Made by a program: the position numbers and the translations under genes
From: an uncultured delta proteobacterium
Lineage (GTDB): Bacteria > Myxococcota > Myxococcia > Myxococcales > Anaeromyxobacteraceae
Reading direction: 5' to 3'
Assembly: GCA_963828255.1 (NCBI GenBank)
Contig: CAWHDZ010000007.1
Span: 64,001 to 128,000 of the forward strand
Length of the DNA: 64,000 nt
Notes under the pieces: model-generated
Databases searched by the model: none
Told to the model about the DNA's origin: nothing
What the model saw: only the letters and a program-made list of their open reading frames with translations
Shown: piece by piece, positions 29,879 to 42,596 of the stretch
Numbering within the stretch: the stretch's first letter is position 1
Layout: each line of letters begins with the position of its first letter

Positions 29879-30640
29879 CTACTCCGGGTCACGCAGACCC
29901 GGGTCGCCCCTCCGCAGCGCCATCTCCGCCTGGGCCACCGCGAAGGGCACCGCCACGTCAACGCGCAGCGGGCGCGGACCGAACGTGAACGGGTGGAATC
30001 CCCGCGACACCAGGGTCTCGGCCTCGTAGGCGGTGAAGCCGCCCTCCGGGCCGATGGCGAGCACCGCGCCGTCCGACCCGGCCGGGACCACCTCGAGGAG
30101 GGCCGGGGAGCCGGGGTGGGCGATGAGCCGCACTCGCCGCCCGGGGGGGAACAGCCCGTCGAGGTGGTCCTCCACGAAGGGCTTGAAGTGCCGGTGCAGC
30201 GTGACCTCCGGGGGGACGGTGTCCTTGCCCTGCTCGAGGCCGAGCCGCAACTCGGCCGCCATGGCCTCCGGCGCGAGAAGGGGGGAGCCGAGGTAGCTCT
30301 TCTCCACCCGGTAGGTGCCCACCAGCGCGAGCCGCTTCACCCCCATCGAGGCCACCGCCTGGAGCACCTTGCGGAGGATCTTGGGGCGGGGGAGGGCGAG
30401 GACCAGGGAAACCGGGGAGGGCGGGGGGGGCGGGCCGGCCAGGTTCACGGAGAGAAGAACCAGGTCGCTCGAGGCCTCGATGACCACCGCCTCGCCGGTG
30501 CGCCCCCGCAGGAGCCCCACGGCGATGCGGTCGCCCGGGACGGCCCGCAGCACCTCGACCACGTGGCGGGCCCGCCGGCCGCGCAAGCGGGCGCCGCCGG
30601 ATTCGTCGAGGTCCTCTTCGTCGAGGAGCAGGAGGTTCAA
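29879..30640 (-). CDS. rsmE: 16S rRNA m3U1498 methyltransferase
   Basis: LALPRPK, GLEQGKDT, AIGPEGGF, GPRPLRV; TTG start. Confidence 0.92.
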   Translation of the reverse strand: MNLLLLDEEDLDESGGARLRGRRARHVVEVLRAVPGDRIAVGLLRGRTGEAVVIEASSDLVLLSVNLAGPPPPPSPVSLVLALPRPKILRKVLQAVASMGVKRLALVGTYRVEKSYLGSPLLAPEAMAAELRLGLEQGKDTVPPEVTLHRHFKPFVEDHLDGLFPPGRRVRLIAHPGSPALLEVVPAGSDGAVLAIGPEGGFTAYEAETLVSRGFHPFTFGPRPLRVDVAVPFAVAQAEMALRRGDPGLRDPE

Positions 30641-30657
30641 TGGGGTACCATGTCGCG

Positions 30658-30987
30658 ATGGCCGGAAAGCAAGAGCCCTACTGGTACCTCATCTCGGTGC
30701 TGGCGAGCACCATCCCGCTCGAGCCGGGGCTGGCCATGAGCCTCTACGAGGTCGCCTTCTCCCTCCACCGCAGCGGCGAGGCGCACGGCCAGGTCATCCA
30801 GGACCGCATGGAGGGGCGGGTGACCAACATGCACCGCTCCTTCGCGCTCGGCTCCATCGCCGGGCCGGGGTTCGAGGCCGAGGTGGACATGCCGGCGGGC
30901 CGGGGGAAGGTGCGCTTCCTGCTCACGCGCGAGGGGCTCGACCGGGGCCGGCGCAAGGCCCGCCTCGACCAGGCGCTCCGGAACTGA
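30658..30987 (+). CDS. Hypothetical protein
   Basis: Typical GC3 codon bias; fills the gap between rsmE and lhgO. Confidence 0.7.
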   Translation: MAGKQEPYWYLISVLASTIPLEPGLAMSLYEVAFSLHRSGEAHGQVIQDRMEGRVTNMHRSFALGSIAGPGFEAEVDMPAGRGKVRFLLTREGLDRGRRKARLDQALRN

Positions 30988-32184
30988 TCACCCGAAGTGC
31001 TCCTCGGCGATCTGGCGGGCCAGCTCCATCGAGCTCGTGAAGGCCGGCGAGATGGGGTTCAGCACGTGCAGCGTGTCGCCGGACTGCTCCACGATGAAGT
31101 CCATGAGGAGCTGCTTGGTGCGCCAGTCCACGAGCTGGGGGCGGATCCCCACCTTGTCGGCGGGCTCGACCTCGGCCGGGTCGAACCCGTGGACGAGGCG
31201 CGCCGCGTCCCGGTGCAGGTAGACGGGCAGGTACTTGCGCGGCTCGGAGAGGGCCACCGAGCGGAACCCGGCGTTCCGGAAGAAGAGCACCGCGTCCTCG
31301 AAGGCGATGCGGGGGGCGTCGCCGTCCACGCCGGCCAGGATGCCGTAGTTCTCCCGCCCGAAGGCGGGGATGGCGGTGGGGCCCAGGTAGACGTCTCCGT
31401 GGACGCTGCGGGTGAAGTGCACTCCCAGGAAGGGGTTGCGGGGGTCGGGAACGGGATAGACGTTTCCGTTCACGGTGAGTCGCGCGCCCCTGCGCAGCTT
31501 GCGGTAGATGCCCTTGAAGGGGATGAGACGGTAGTGCTCGCCCACGCCGAAGAAGCGGGCCACCCGGTCGCAGTGGGCGCCCGCCGCGTTCACCAGCCGC
31601 CCGTAGCCGATGGCGCCGGCCGTGGTGCGGACCTCTCCCTTCCCGCCGGCCCCGAGGACCTCTACGCCGGTGCGGATGCGCACCCTCCCTCCCGCCGTGA
31701 GGTCGGCGAGCAGCGAGGCCAGCACCGCCTTCGGGTCCACCACCGCGGTGTCCCGCGACCAGAGGGCGCGACCCACCGTCCGCGCGCAGGGCTCGACCCC
31801 GGCGAGCCCCTTCTCGTCGAGCATCTCGACCCGGGCGCCGTTGGCGGTGGCCCGCTCGAAGAGCCCGTCGAGCACCGGGAGCTCCGACTCCTCCCGGGCC
31901 ACGACCACCTTCCCGCACTCGAGCAGGGGGAGCCCCTTCTCCCTGCAGTAGGCACGCATGGCCATGTTCCCGGCCAGGCAGGTCCTCGCCTTGCGGCTGT
32001 CCGGGGCGTAGTAGATCCCGGCGTGGAGCACGCCCGAGTTGCGCCCCGACGCGTGGCGCCCGAGCCCCGCCTCCTTCTCCAGGACGAGGATGTCGCGTGC
32101 GCCCCGGGAGGCAAGCTCCCGTGCGATCGAGAGCCCCACGATCCCGGCTCCCACGATCACCACGTCGGCCCGCTCGGCGGTCAT
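30988..32184 (-). CDS. lhgO: L-2-hydroxyglutarate oxidase-like FAD oxidoreductase
   Basis: [51 protein letters not shown]. Confidence 0.93.
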   Translation of the reverse strand: MTAERADVVIVGAGIVGLSIARELASRGARDILVLEKEAGLGRHASGRNSGVLHAGIYYAPDSRKARTCLAGNMAMRAYCREKGLPLLECGKVVVAREESELPVLDGLFERATANGARVEMLDEKGLAGVEPCARTVGRALWSRDTAVVDPKAVLASLLADLTAGGRVRIRTGVEVLGAGGKGEVRTTAGAIGYGRLVNAAGAHCDRVARFFGVGEHYRLIPFKGIYRKLRRGARLTVNGNVYPVPDPRNPFLGVHFTRSVHGDVYLGPTAIPAFGRENYGILAGVDGDAPRIAFEDAVLFFRNAGFRSVALSEPRKYLPVYLHRDAARLVHGFDPAEVEPADKVGIRPQLVDWRTKQLLMDFIVEQSGDTLHVLNPISPAFTSSMELARQIAEEHFG

Positions 32185-32250
32185 CGGGGGATGCTAGCCG
32201 AGCGCCGGCGGAACCGTTACAAGGAATCTCCCCTTGAGCCGGAGGTTCCC

Positions 32251-33273
32251 GTGTTCCGAGCGATCCTCGTCGAGAAGAGCGAGTCCGGGCAGTCCGTGCG
32301 CGTGGCCGAGGTGGAGGAGTCGGCGCTTCCTCCGGGAGACGTCACGGTCCGGGTCGAGCGCTCCACCATCAACTACAAGGACGCGCTCGCCATCACCGGC
32401 AAGGCCCCGGTCATCCGCAAGTTCCCCATGGTCCCGGGCATCGACGGGGCAGGGGAGGTGGTCGAGTCCGCACACGCCGCCTTCAAGGCCGGGGACCGGG
32501 TGCTGGTGAACGGCTTCGGCGTGGGGGAGAACCACTGGGGCTGCCTGGCCGGAACGGCGCGCCTCGACGGGAACTGGCTCCTCGCCGTCCCGGCCCCCTT
32601 CACCTTCACGCAGGCCATGGCCATCGGGACCGCCGGCTACACCGCCATGCTCTGCGTGATGGCGCTGGAGCGGCACGGGGTGACGCCCGACAAGGGCGAG
32701 GTGCTCGTCACCGGCGCCGCCGGCGGAGTGGGGAGCGTGGCCATCGCGCTGCTCTCGAAGCTCGGCTTCAAGGTCGTCGCCTCGACAGGGCGCGCCTCCG
32801 AGGCCCCGTACCTCACCGCGCTCGGCGCCGCCGAGGTGATCGACCGGGCCGCCCTCTCCGCGCCCGGAAAGCCCTTGCAGAAGGAGCGCTGGGCCGGGGT
32901 GGTGGACTCGGTGGGCAGCCACACGCTGGCGAACGCCTGCGCCTCCACCCGCTACGGCGGGACGGTGGCCGCCTGCGGCCTCGCCGGCGGCATGGACCTG
33001 CCCGCCTCGGTGGCCCCCTTCATCCTGCGGGGCGTGACGCTCGCCGGGGTGGACAGCGTGATGGCGCCCATGGCGTTGCGACGGGAAGCCTGGCAGCGGC
33101 TGGCGCGCGACCTGGACCCGGTCCGGCTCGCCGCGATGACCCGCGAGATCCCGCTCGCCGAGGCCATCCCGGCGGCCGCCGACCTGCTCGCGGGCAAGGT
33201 CCGCGGCCGGGTCGTCGTGGACACGGGACACGACGAGGCCCTGAGGGAGCGGGGGCCAGCACCCCATCCGTGA
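32251..33273 (+). CDS. acuI: MDR oxidoreductase, YhdH/AcuI (acryloyl-CoA reductase) family
   Basis: [53 protein letters not shown] before GTG 32251. Confidence 0.9.
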   Translation: MFRAILVEKSESGQSVRVAEVEESALPPGDVTVRVERSTINYKDALAITGKAPVIRKFPMVPGIDGAGEVVESAHAAFKAGDRVLVNGFGVGENHWGCLAGTARLDGNWLLAVPAPFTFTQAMAIGTAGYTAMLCVMALERHGVTPDKGEVLVTGAAGGVGSVAIALLSKLGFKVVASTGRASEAPYLTALGAAEVIDRAALSAPGKPLQKERWAGVVDSVGSHTLANACASTRYGGTVAACGLAGGMDLPASVAPFILRGVTLAGVDSVMAPMALRREAWQRLARDLDPVRLAAMTREIPLAEAIPAAADLLAGKVRGRVVVDTGHDEALRERGPAPHP

Positions 33274-33361
33274 CGCGATGTGCCAGGAATATCATGCGCT
33301 TCTCCGTAAAATCGCGTTGACGAGTCCATTTCGGGCGGACAAATAGACGCGAGCCACCTCC

Positions 33362-34192
33362 ATGTCACCGCACCCGAAACGCGCGCTCGCACTCCTGGCG
33401 CTTGTCGCCGCCGTTCCCGCGGCTGGCCAGACCACCGACCTCCTCAAGCGCGAGGTGGCTGCCATCGGCGTGGTGGAGCGGCTCGGCGCGCCGGTCCCGC
33501 TCACCGGCGCCTTCACCGATTCGGAGGGGCGGGACGTCAAGCTTGCAGACCGGGCGGGGCGCCCGCTGCTCCTCTCCTTCAACTACACGGCTTGCCCGCG
33601 CCTCTGCGGCCTGCAACTCGGCGGGCTCGCCCGCGGCCTCAAGGAGGCCGCCTGGACCGGCGAGGGCTTCGACGTCGTCACCGTCAGCATCGACCCGGGC
33701 GAGAAGCGCGAGCAGATGGCCCGCTACAAGGTGGCCATGGTCCGGGAGGCCGGAGGCGACGCCGGCGTGGCGCGGGCCTGGGGGTTCCTGCGCGGCGACC
33801 GGGCCGACGTGGACGCGCTGGCCGACGCGGTGGGTTTCAAGTACCGCTACGACGAGAAGACCGGCGAGTACCAGCACCAGGCCACGCTCGTCGTCATCAC
33901 CCCCGACGGCCGGGTGAGCGGCTACCTGCACGGCATCACCTACGCGCCGGGCGCGCTGCGCGCGGCGGTGGAACGGGCCGCCTCCGGGGCGGTGGCGACC
34001 GCGGCGGAGCAGCGCAGCCTGGGCGGGTTCCTCCTCACCTGCATGGGCTTCGACCCCGCCGACCCCGCCCCGCTGGCGCTCAAGGTCATGCGCTCCGGAG
34101 GGGTCCTGGCGATGATCTTCCTCGTCTCCTTCCTCGGCTACCAGGCCTACCGCGACGTGCGGCGGCGCAGAACGGAGAACCACACCACATGA
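33362..34192 (+). CDS. SCO1/SenC copper chaperone
   Basis: Signal peptide; YTACPRLC (CxxxC), TVSIDP, YQHQA; C-terminal TM helix. Confidence 0.92.
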   Translation: MSPHPKRALALLALVAAVPAAGQTTDLLKREVAAIGVVERLGAPVPLTGAFTDSEGRDVKLADRAGRPLLLSFNYTACPRLCGLQLGGLARGLKEAAWTGEGFDVVTVSIDPGEKREQMARYKVAMVREAGGDAGVARAWGFLRGDRADVDALADAVGFKYRYDEKTGEYQHQATLVVITPDGRVSGYLHGITYAPGALRAAVERAASGAVATAAEQRSLGGFLLTCMGFDPADPAPLALKVMRSGGVLAMIFLVSFLGYQAYRDVRRRRTENHTT

Positions 34193-35165
34193 TCCGACTC
34201 CCCGACCTGCTGGCCGGCAGCCTGATCGCCGCCGGCCCCGGCTACATGCCCGAGCGCGCCTCCAGCGTCGCCGAGGGCGTGGATCAGGTGTTCGGCCTGC
34301 TCTTCTGGATCTCGGCCTTCTTCATGGTGGTCATCGTCGGCTTCACGATCCTCTTCGTGATCCGCTACCGGGCGCGCCCGTCGCGCCCCGGCCCGGAGGC
34401 CTCACCGGACCACTCCACCCGGCTCGAGATCTTCTGGTCGGCCATCCCGCTGGCGCTGGTGTTCGTCATCTTCGCGGCGTCCACCAAGGTCTACTTCGCC
34501 ATGGTCGAGTCCGATCCCGGCTCCGCGCCGCAGCGGGTCCAGGTGACCGGGAGGAAGTGGTCCTGGTGGTTCGACCACGCCGGCGGCAAGGGCTCGAAGG
34601 AGCTCCACGTCGTCATGGGCAAGCCGGTCGAGCTGGTGCTGGCCGCCACCGACGTCATCCACTCGCTGTACGTGCCCGAGTTCCGGCTCAAGCAGGACGC
34701 CGTGCCCGGCCGCTTCACCAGGATGGTCTTCACCCCCACCGTGGCCGGGAGCTACCCCATCCTCTGCACCGAGTACTGCGGGACCAACCACTCCACCATG
34801 ACGTCGGTGGTGGTGGTCCACCCCGACCAGGCCTCCTTCGACGCCTGGGCGCTCGAGGGGAAGGGGGGAGACGAGACGCTCCTCGAGGTCGGCGTCCGGG
34901 TGTTCGGCGAGAAGGGCTGCTCGGCCTGCCACAGCACCGACGGGTCGGCCGGGGTCGGCCCCAGCGTGAAGGGGATCTGGGGCAAGGAGGAGAAGATCAC
35001 CACCGGCGCCACCATCCGCGTGGACGAGAACTACATCCGCGAGTCGATCGTGACGCCGGGGGCCAAGATCAGCGCCGGCTACGAGGACATGATGCCCCCC
35101 ATCCCGCTCGACGACCGGGAGATCCAGGGCATCGTGGCCTACATCCAGAGCCTGAAGGACGGACC

Positions 35166-35169
<4 letters not shown>
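34189..35169 (+). CDS. coxB: Cytochrome c oxidase subunit II with fused cytochrome c
   Basis: DVIHS, CuA motif [12 protein letters not shown], heme c motif CSACH. Confidence 0.96.
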
Positions 35170-36802
<1,633 letters not shown>

Positions 36803-36806
<4 letters not shown>

Positions 36807-37519
36807 GCCACCACGCCACGGGCCAGGGGGCCTCGGGCGCCGCGGCGGCCCCGGAGGAGCGGTTCCTGGCCCACCACTTCCCCACCATGCAGGCCCAGTC
36901 CGACACCAGCAAGCTGGGGATCTGGCTCTTCCTGGGCAGCGAGGTGCTCTTCTTCAGCGGGCTCTTCGTGGCCTACGGGGTCTACCGGGCCAACCACTAC
37001 GCCCTCTTCCACTACGCCCACAACTTCCTCGACTGGCGCATGGGCGCGCTCAACACCGTGGTGCTGGTGGCGAGCAGCGTCTCGGCGGCCTGGTCGGTGC
37101 GCTGCGCCCAGCTGGGGCAGCGCCGCGGCCTCCGGATCTCGCTGCTGCTCACCCTCCTGCTGGCCGGCATGTTCCTGGTGGTGAAGTACTTCGAGTACAG
37201 CCACAAGCTCCACAACGGGGTGGCCTGGGGCGCCGCCTGCCACCCCTCGAAGGAGATCCTGGCCACGCTCCCGGCCGCGCTGCAGGGCGTGCCGCCGCCC
37301 AGGGACCTGGGCACCTTCTTCAGCATCTACTACCTCATGACCGGACTGCACGGCATCCACGTGCTCGTCGGCATGGGGCTCTACGTCTGGCTCATCCGGC
37401 GCGCCGGCCGGGGCGACTTCGGCCCGGGCTACTACGTCCCGGTCGACTCGGTGGCCCTCTACTGGCACCTCGTCGACATGATCTGGATCTTCCTCTTCCC
37501 GCTCCTCTACCTCATCTGA
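36803..37519 (+). CDS. coxC: Cytochrome c oxidase subunit III
   Basis: [40 protein letters not shown]. Confidence 0.96.
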
Positions 37520-37530
37520 TCGGAGCCGCC

Positions 37531-37893
37531 GTGACCGAGCACTCCCGTTCCACCGCCGCATCCCCGCAGCCCGGGGCCCACGTCATGCCCCCGTCGGTCC
37601 TCCTGGGCACCGCGGCTGCGCTCATGGTCCTCACGGTGCTCACCGTGGCCACCTCCCGCATCGACCTGGGGCAGTGGAACGTGGTGCTGGCGCTGGCCAT
37701 CGCATCCACCAAGGCCGCGCTGGTGGCGCTCTTCTTCATGCACCTCAAGTACGAGAACCGCTTCCAGCTCGTGGTGCTGGTCTCGGCGGCGGTCTTCGCC
37801 GCCCTCTTCGTGGCCTTCGTGATGTTCGACACCATCCAGTACCAGCCCGACATCCGGGCCGCCGAGACCCAGGTCCAGCCAAAGGGGTCATGA
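37531..37893 (+). CDS. coxD: Cytochrome c oxidase subunit IV family
   Basis: IASTKAALVALFFMHLKY; three TM helices. Confidence 0.92.
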   Translation: MTEHSRSTAASPQPGAHVMPPSVLLGTAAALMVLTVLTVATSRIDLGQWNVVLALAIASTKAALVALFFMHLKYENRFQLVVLVSAAVFAALFVAFVMFDTIQYQPDIRAAETQVQPKGS

Positions 37894-39344
37894 GGCGCCC
37901 GGCCGCAGCCCTGGCCCTGCTCTGGGCGCTGGCCGCGCCGGAGCCGGCGCGCGCCTACGAGGAGCGGGTCCACCAGCTCATCGGGGAGCGGGCGCTTCCC
38001 GCCACGCTCCCCCGCGACCTGGCGCGGGCCACGCAGGTGGACGTGGACGAGCTCCGCAGCGCCACCTGGCGCGCCGGCGCCGGCCACCCCGATCCCGCCG
38101 TGCGGGAGCGCTTCGTCGCCCGGTACCCGTCCGAGCGGCAGTTCGACGGCTGGACCTGGAAGGAGTTCCTCGGCCTCACCCCCGAGGCACGGGTGGTGGG
38201 TGTGGACGTCGTCCCGGATGGGCCGGCCGACGCGCGGCTGCTCCTCGCCCTGTCCTCCCGCTCCCCCGACGACGACAAGCGCAACGTCGAGCGCTTCGCC
38301 CACGACCCGGATCGCCGGGTGCGGAAGGACGCCGCGGGCAGGCCCCTGCCGCTCGACCCGGCCCAGCTCGACATGGGCGCCCTCACCGGCCTCTCCAGCC
38401 AGGCCTGGGCCCACTACGGCCTCCCCCGGATCGCCTTCTCCGATTCACCGGAGGTGTTGAAGACCGACCCCCGCCGCTGGGCCTGGCCGCCGACCGCGCA
38501 GGCCTTCGCGCCCGACATGGCCCAGGTGCACACCGACGTGGCGCTCGCCGCGGCCACGGCCGGCACGCCGGGCGGGCGGGCGCTGGCCCACGTCTGGCTC
38601 GGCGCGGCGCACCACTACGTCGAGGACGTGGCCAACCAGATCCACACCCTCCAGGCGGTCTACCCGTTCTTCAGGGACGCCAAGATCGAGAGCTGGAAGG
38701 AGAACGTCCTCTCCCTCTGGGGCTTCCTGCGCCCCCGCCCATCCTTCGAGGAGATCGGCCTCGGCATCATCAAGAACCACCACCTCTTCCTCGAGGACCT
38801 CTGGGGGGCGCGGGTCTTCGACGCAGCGGAGGGGAGGGTGTCCGTGCCCGGGGCGGTGGCCGGGCTCGAGGCGCTCGCCGCCGGCGACGGCGCGGAGGAG
38901 GCCGCCCTCGACGCCCTCCGGCTCGATCCGGCCGGCCCGTTCGCCCGGAGCATCACCGAGCAGCTCGTGGAGGTGTCGAGCCACGAGGGAGCCCAGGTCT
39001 ACCTGGCCGCGCGGGAGATCGCCCGGCCGCGCCTCTCGAAGGCCGGTCACGTCTACGAGCTGGGAACGGCCGACGCCGAGCTGCGCCCGGACGCCGACCC
39101 GGCGCAGCTGGCCCGCTTCTACGCGCTCGAGGCCCGGGGCTTCGCCCGTGCGGCCAGCGCCATCCGCCGCCACGTCCGGCTCTTCGACGAGGAGGTGGCC
39201 CGCGCCGGGCGCTCCGAGGCCGACCGGCTGGCGGTGAGGGAGTCGGCGCTCCGGCGGCTCGTGGCGGACCGGATGGCGGCCCGCGACGCCGAGGAGGCCA
39301 GGCTGGCCGCCTGGCTCGCCCGCAAGGGCGTCACGGCTCGCTGA
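37890..39344 (+). CDS. Secreted protein, possible Zn-dependent phospholipase C/P1 nuclease fold
   Basis: Signal peptide followed by YEERVHQLI; LGAAHHYVEDVANQIH; HHLFLE. Confidence 0.6.
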   Translation: MRRPAAALALLWALAAPEPARAYEERVHQLIGERALPATLPRDLARATQVDVDELRSATWRAGAGHPDPAVRERFVARYPSERQFDGWTWKEFLGLTPEARVVGVDVVPDGPADARLLLALSSRSPDDDKRNVERFAHDPDRRVRKDAAGRPLPLDPAQLDMGALTGLSSQAWAHYGLPRIAFSDSPEVLKTDPRRWAWPPTAQAFAPDMAQVHTDVALAAATAGTPGGRALAHVWLGAAHHYVEDVANQIHTLQAVYPFFRDAKIESWKENVLSLWGFLRPRPSFEEIGLGIIKNHHLFLEDLWGARVFDAAEGRVSVPGAVAGLEALAAGDGAEEAALDALRLDPAGPFARSITEQLVEVSSHEGAQVYLAAREIARPRLSKAGHVYELGTADAELRPDADPAQLARFYALEARGFARAASAIRRHVRLFDEEVARAGRSEADRLAVRESALRRLVADRMAARDAEEARLAAWLARKGVTAR

Positions 39345-40386
39345 AGGCCTTCCGCAGCCGTTCCGCCACCTCCTCGGGCCAGGCCATCGAGAACCGCTCG
39401 CCCAGCAGCATGTGCAGGTAGTTGGCGTCGGGGGTGTGGAGCACCGGGTCGATGTAGAGCCGGGGCAACAGCCGGGCCGAGAGGGCGTGCCGCCCGGACC
39501 GATCGCTCGACCGGTCGGGGACGAAGGTCAGGTTGAAGCTCCAGAGCCCGTTCGCGGCGAACCCGCGCAGGGCGCGCCGAAGCCCCGCGGCGAGGTCCGC
39601 CACGTCCCCGTCGTCGAGCGCGAGCACGCTCGACTTCCCAGGGATGACCGCCCGGCAGTCGCCGAGCACGCCGGTGGGGGCGAAGGGGACGTGCCAGGTC
39701 CAGCCCCCGGTCCTCCCCACCACGCGCCCGGCCGCCTCCTCGGCGGCGAGCAGGTCCTCGGCGAACGGGCGCCCGTGGGCTTCCATCCAGGCCGACTCGG
39801 CGGCCAGCTCGCGGCGGATGGCGTTTCCCGGCTCCGACGTGGCCACCACCTGCATGTGGGGGTGGAGCTGGGTGCCCCCGGCCGGCGGCATGTGGTTCCA
39901 GGTGACGATGCCGAAGAGGTCGCCGGCCATGCGGGGCAGCGTGGCGGCCAGGAAGTCGCGCGCCGTGGCCACCCCGGAGACCACGAGCGACTCGGGCACG
40001 TCGCCCATGGCCAGGTCGTGCAGGGCGGCGGGGACGAGCACCGCCGAGAGCTCGTCGTAGGGGAAGAGGTTGGGGAAGACCACCGCCTCGCCCCGCCGGA
40101 AGCGCCCGCCCGGGACCAGTTCCTCCGGGAAGCGGGGGGTGATGGTTTCCACCTTGCCCGGGCAGAACGGGCATCCGGGTCGCCGGGCCAGGGCGATGGC
40201 CGAGATGTCGGCGGGGGCCGCCGTGGGCAGGGAGAAGTGGCAGATCCGGGAGGACTCGCCCGTCAGCGGGTCGTACCGGATCTCGCTCTCGACGTCGGAG
40301 AGCGAGAACCCCTTGCGCGGGTCGTGCAACCGGGCGACTCTCGGCTCCCTCCGGAAGACGACCCTGCCTGACCCGCTCGGCGCCAT
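39331..40386 (-). CDS. GalT/HIT-like nucleotidyltransferase
   Basis: EIRYDPLTG, CPFC, FPNLFPY, WNHMPPAGGTQLHPHMQ (HxHxQ); GGAGG before ATG 40386. Confidence 0.85.
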   Translation of the reverse strand: MAPSGSGRVVFRREPRVARLHDPRKGFSLSDVESEIRYDPLTGESSRICHFSLPTAAPADISAIALARRPGCPFCPGKVETITPRFPEELVPGGRFRRGEAVVFPNLFPYDELSAVLVPAALHDLAMGDVPESLVVSGVATARDFLAATLPRMAGDLFGIVTWNHMPPAGGTQLHPHMQVVATSEPGNAIRRELAAESAWMEAHGRPFAEDLLAAEEAAGRVVGRTGGWTWHVPFAPTGVLGDCRAVIPGKSSVLALDDGDVADLAAGLRRALRGFAANGLWSFNLTFVPDRSSDRSGRHALSARLLPRLYIDPVLHTPDANYLHMLLGERFSMAWPEEVAERLRKAFSEP

Positions 40387-40492
40387 CCGGACCTCCGGTA
40401 CCCAAAAGGGTGCCAACGAAGCGTTAGCCAACCCGTGGGCATCAGCATTAGCTGAGGAACCACCACTTCAACAACCTCGCCGGGGAGTGAAC

Positions 40493-41017
40493 ATGGCCCA
40501 GAAGATCGATTTCGCGAAGCTGACCCTGAAGGACGCCCTGGACCTGGCGGTGCTGATCGAGGAGGAGGCCCGGGTCCGCTACGAGGAGTTCGCCCGGATG
40601 GTGGGCGGCCGCTACAAGGGGGACTCCGACGAGGTCTTCAAGAACATGGCGGTCTACGAGGGCAAGCACCGCGACGAGCTCAAGGCCCGGCGCCAGACGC
40701 TCTTCGGCAGCGCGCCGGTCACCGTGAGCATGGAGGGCCTCGACGACGTCGAGGCCCCCGACCGCGGCCAGCCCCGCGTCTTCATGTCGCCGCGGCAGGC
40801 CATGGAGGTGGCGCTGGTCTCGGAGGAGAAGGCCTGGAGCTACTTCGACGACGCCCTGAAGCACATCAAGGACGCCGACGTCCGCAAGCTCTTCGAGGAG
40901 CTGCGCGCCGAGGAGAAGCAGCACCAGGAGTACGTCAAGAAGGCCATGGCCACCCTCCCGCCCGGTCCGGACGTCGAGGAGGACGAGGCCGACGCGCCGG
41001 GGTCCGACGGCGGATAG
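40493..41017 (+). CDS. Rubrerythrin/ferritin-like diiron protein without a rubredoxin domain
   Basis: Duplicated E...ExxH motifs: IEEEA...EGKH and SEEKA...EEKQH. Confidence 0.9.
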   Translation: MAQKIDFAKLTLKDALDLAVLIEEEARVRYEEFARMVGGRYKGDSDEVFKNMAVYEGKHRDELKARRQTLFGSAPVTVSMEGLDDVEAPDRGQPRVFMSPRQAMEVALVSEEKAWSYFDDALKHIKDADVRKLFEELRAEEKQHQEYVKKAMATLPPGPDVEEDEADAPGSDGG

Positions 41018-41019
41018 CC

Positions 41020-41721
41020 TTGATCCGGTTCGTGCTCGTCCGGCCGCGGATCCCCGAGAACGTGGGGGCCGCGGCCCGGGTGCTGCGCAACTTCGGCCAC
41101 GCCGACTGGGTGCTCGTCGATCCCGAGCGGCTCGACCTGGACGTGGCCCGCCGCATGGCGGTGGGGGCCGAGGACCTGCTCGACGGGGTGCGGGTCGCCC
41201 CCTCGCTCGACCTGGCCGTCTCCGACTGCGCCTGGGTGGTGGGCACCGAGTCCCGCCGGTTGCGCGGGAGGCCGCCGCTCGAGCCCGAGGCGCTGGCCGC
41301 CGCAGCCCGGGAGAACGCGCCCCGGGGGACGACGGCGCTCGTCTTCGGTGGGGAGCGGGACGGCCTGCGTGCGGGGGAACTGGCCCGCTGCGACGCGCTC
41401 TCCCGGATCCCCTCCCGCGCCCCGCAGCCCTCCCTCAACCTGGCCCAGGCGGTTGCGGTCTACGCATTCGCGCTCCGCCCCGTCGCCAGGGAGGCCGCTC
41501 CTCCCCCGGGTGCGCCGGCCGCCGTCGCCGACGACGCCGAGATGCTCCGGGTCGAGGGGTCGCTGCGCGAGGCGCTCGCCGCGGGAGGGTTCATCCGGGG
41601 GCCGGAGCGGCACGCCGTGCGCGACCTCTCCCGGACGCTGCGCCGCGCGCGCCTCACCCGCAAGGAGTCGCGCCTCTGGATCGCCGCCCTGCGCCGTGTG
41701 GCGCGCAAGGAGAACGCGTGA
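41020..41721 (+). CDS. trmJ: tRNA/rRNA SPOUT methyltransferase, TrmJ family
   Basis: PENVGAAARVLRNFG, LVFGGERDGL, SLNLAQAV; TTG start. Confidence 0.9.
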   Translation: MIRFVLVRPRIPENVGAAARVLRNFGHADWVLVDPERLDLDVARRMAVGAEDLLDGVRVAPSLDLAVSDCAWVVGTESRRLRGRPPLEPEALAAAARENAPRGTTALVFGGERDGLRAGELARCDALSRIPSRAPQPSLNLAQAVAVYAFALRPVAREAAPPPGAPAAVADDAEMLRVEGSLREALAAGGFIRGPERHAVRDLSRTLRRARLTRKESRLWIAALRRVARKENA

Positions 41722-42587
41722 ACGACGCCCGGCCCCGCCGCAGCGCCCTCTACGTCCCCGGCGCCAACGCGCGCGCCCTCGAGAAGATCCCCGGGCTCGA
41801 CGCCGACGTGGTCATCGTGGACCTGGAGGACGCCGTCGCCCCTGCCGCCAAGGAGGATGCCCGTGCCGCGGCCGTGGCCGCCATCCGGCGCGGGTTGGGG
41901 AGAGCCGAGATCGTGCTGCGGGTGAACGGGGCGGGGACGCCCTGGGCGGAGGCCGACCTGGCCGCCGCCGCCTCGTCCGGCGCCGACGCGGTGCTCCTCC
42001 CCAAGGTGGACGGCCCCGACGTGGTTCGCGAGGCCGAGCGGCGCCTCGCGTCCGCCGGTGCGCCCGCATCGGTGGCGCTCTGGGCCATGATCGAGACGCC
42101 GCGCGGGGTGCTCCGCGCCCCCGAGGTGGCCCACGCGTCACCGCGGCTCGCCTGCCTGGTGGCCGGCACCTCGGATCTGGTCAAGGACCTGCGGGCCCGC
42201 CACACCCCCGGCCGCACCGAGGTGCTCCTGGCCCTCTCGACCATCGTCCTCTCGGCGCGGGCGTCGGGGCTGGCCGCGCTCGACGGCGTCCACCTCGACC
42301 TGGCCGACGACGCGGGACTGGCGGCGGCCTGCCGGCAGGGGCGGGACCTGGGATTCGACGGGAAGACCCTCATCCACCCCAGGACCATCGCCACCGCCAA
42401 CCTGGCCTTCACTCCAGGTGACGAGGAGGTGGATCTGGCCCGCCGGATCATCCGGGCCCACGCCGAGGCCGAGGCGGCCGGGCGGGGCGTGGTGGTGGTG
42501 GACGGCCGGCTCGTCGAATCGCTGCACGTCGCCGAGGCCCGCCGGGTGGTGGCGCTCGCGGCGGCGATCGCCGCCCGGCGCGGATAG
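41718..42587 (+). CDS. CitE-family CoA-ester lyase/thioesterase
   Basis: RRSALYVPG, DLEDAV, AMIETP, GFDGKTLIHP. Confidence 0.93.
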   Translation: MNDARPRRSALYVPGANARALEKIPGLDADVVIVDLEDAVAPAAKEDARAAAVAAIRRGLGRAEIVLRVNGAGTPWAEADLAAAASSGADAVLLPKVDGPDVVREAERRLASAGAPASVALWAMIETPRGVLRAPEVAHASPRLACLVAGTSDLVKDLRARHTPGRTEVLLALSTIVLSARASGLAALDGVHLDLADDAGLAAACRQGRDLGFDGKTLIHPRTIATANLAFTPGDEEVDLARRIIRAHAEAEAAGRGVVVVDGRLVESLHVAEARRVVALAAAIAARRG

Positions 42588-42596
42588 GATTCCCCG

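Noticed and set aside
29804..29881. Coding-looking sequence in frame after the rsmE TAG (SYARFPQLRAADVMADMDESEEAGW), suggesting readthrough
   Set aside because: RsmE is already complete, readthrough would run antisense through map, and there is no recoding signal or pyl genes; at most a tiny gene remnant.
40398..40415. TTGGCACCCTTTTGGG upstream of the GalT-like gene as a sigma54 promoter
   Set aside because: It lacks the -12 GC and is too close to the SD and start codon.
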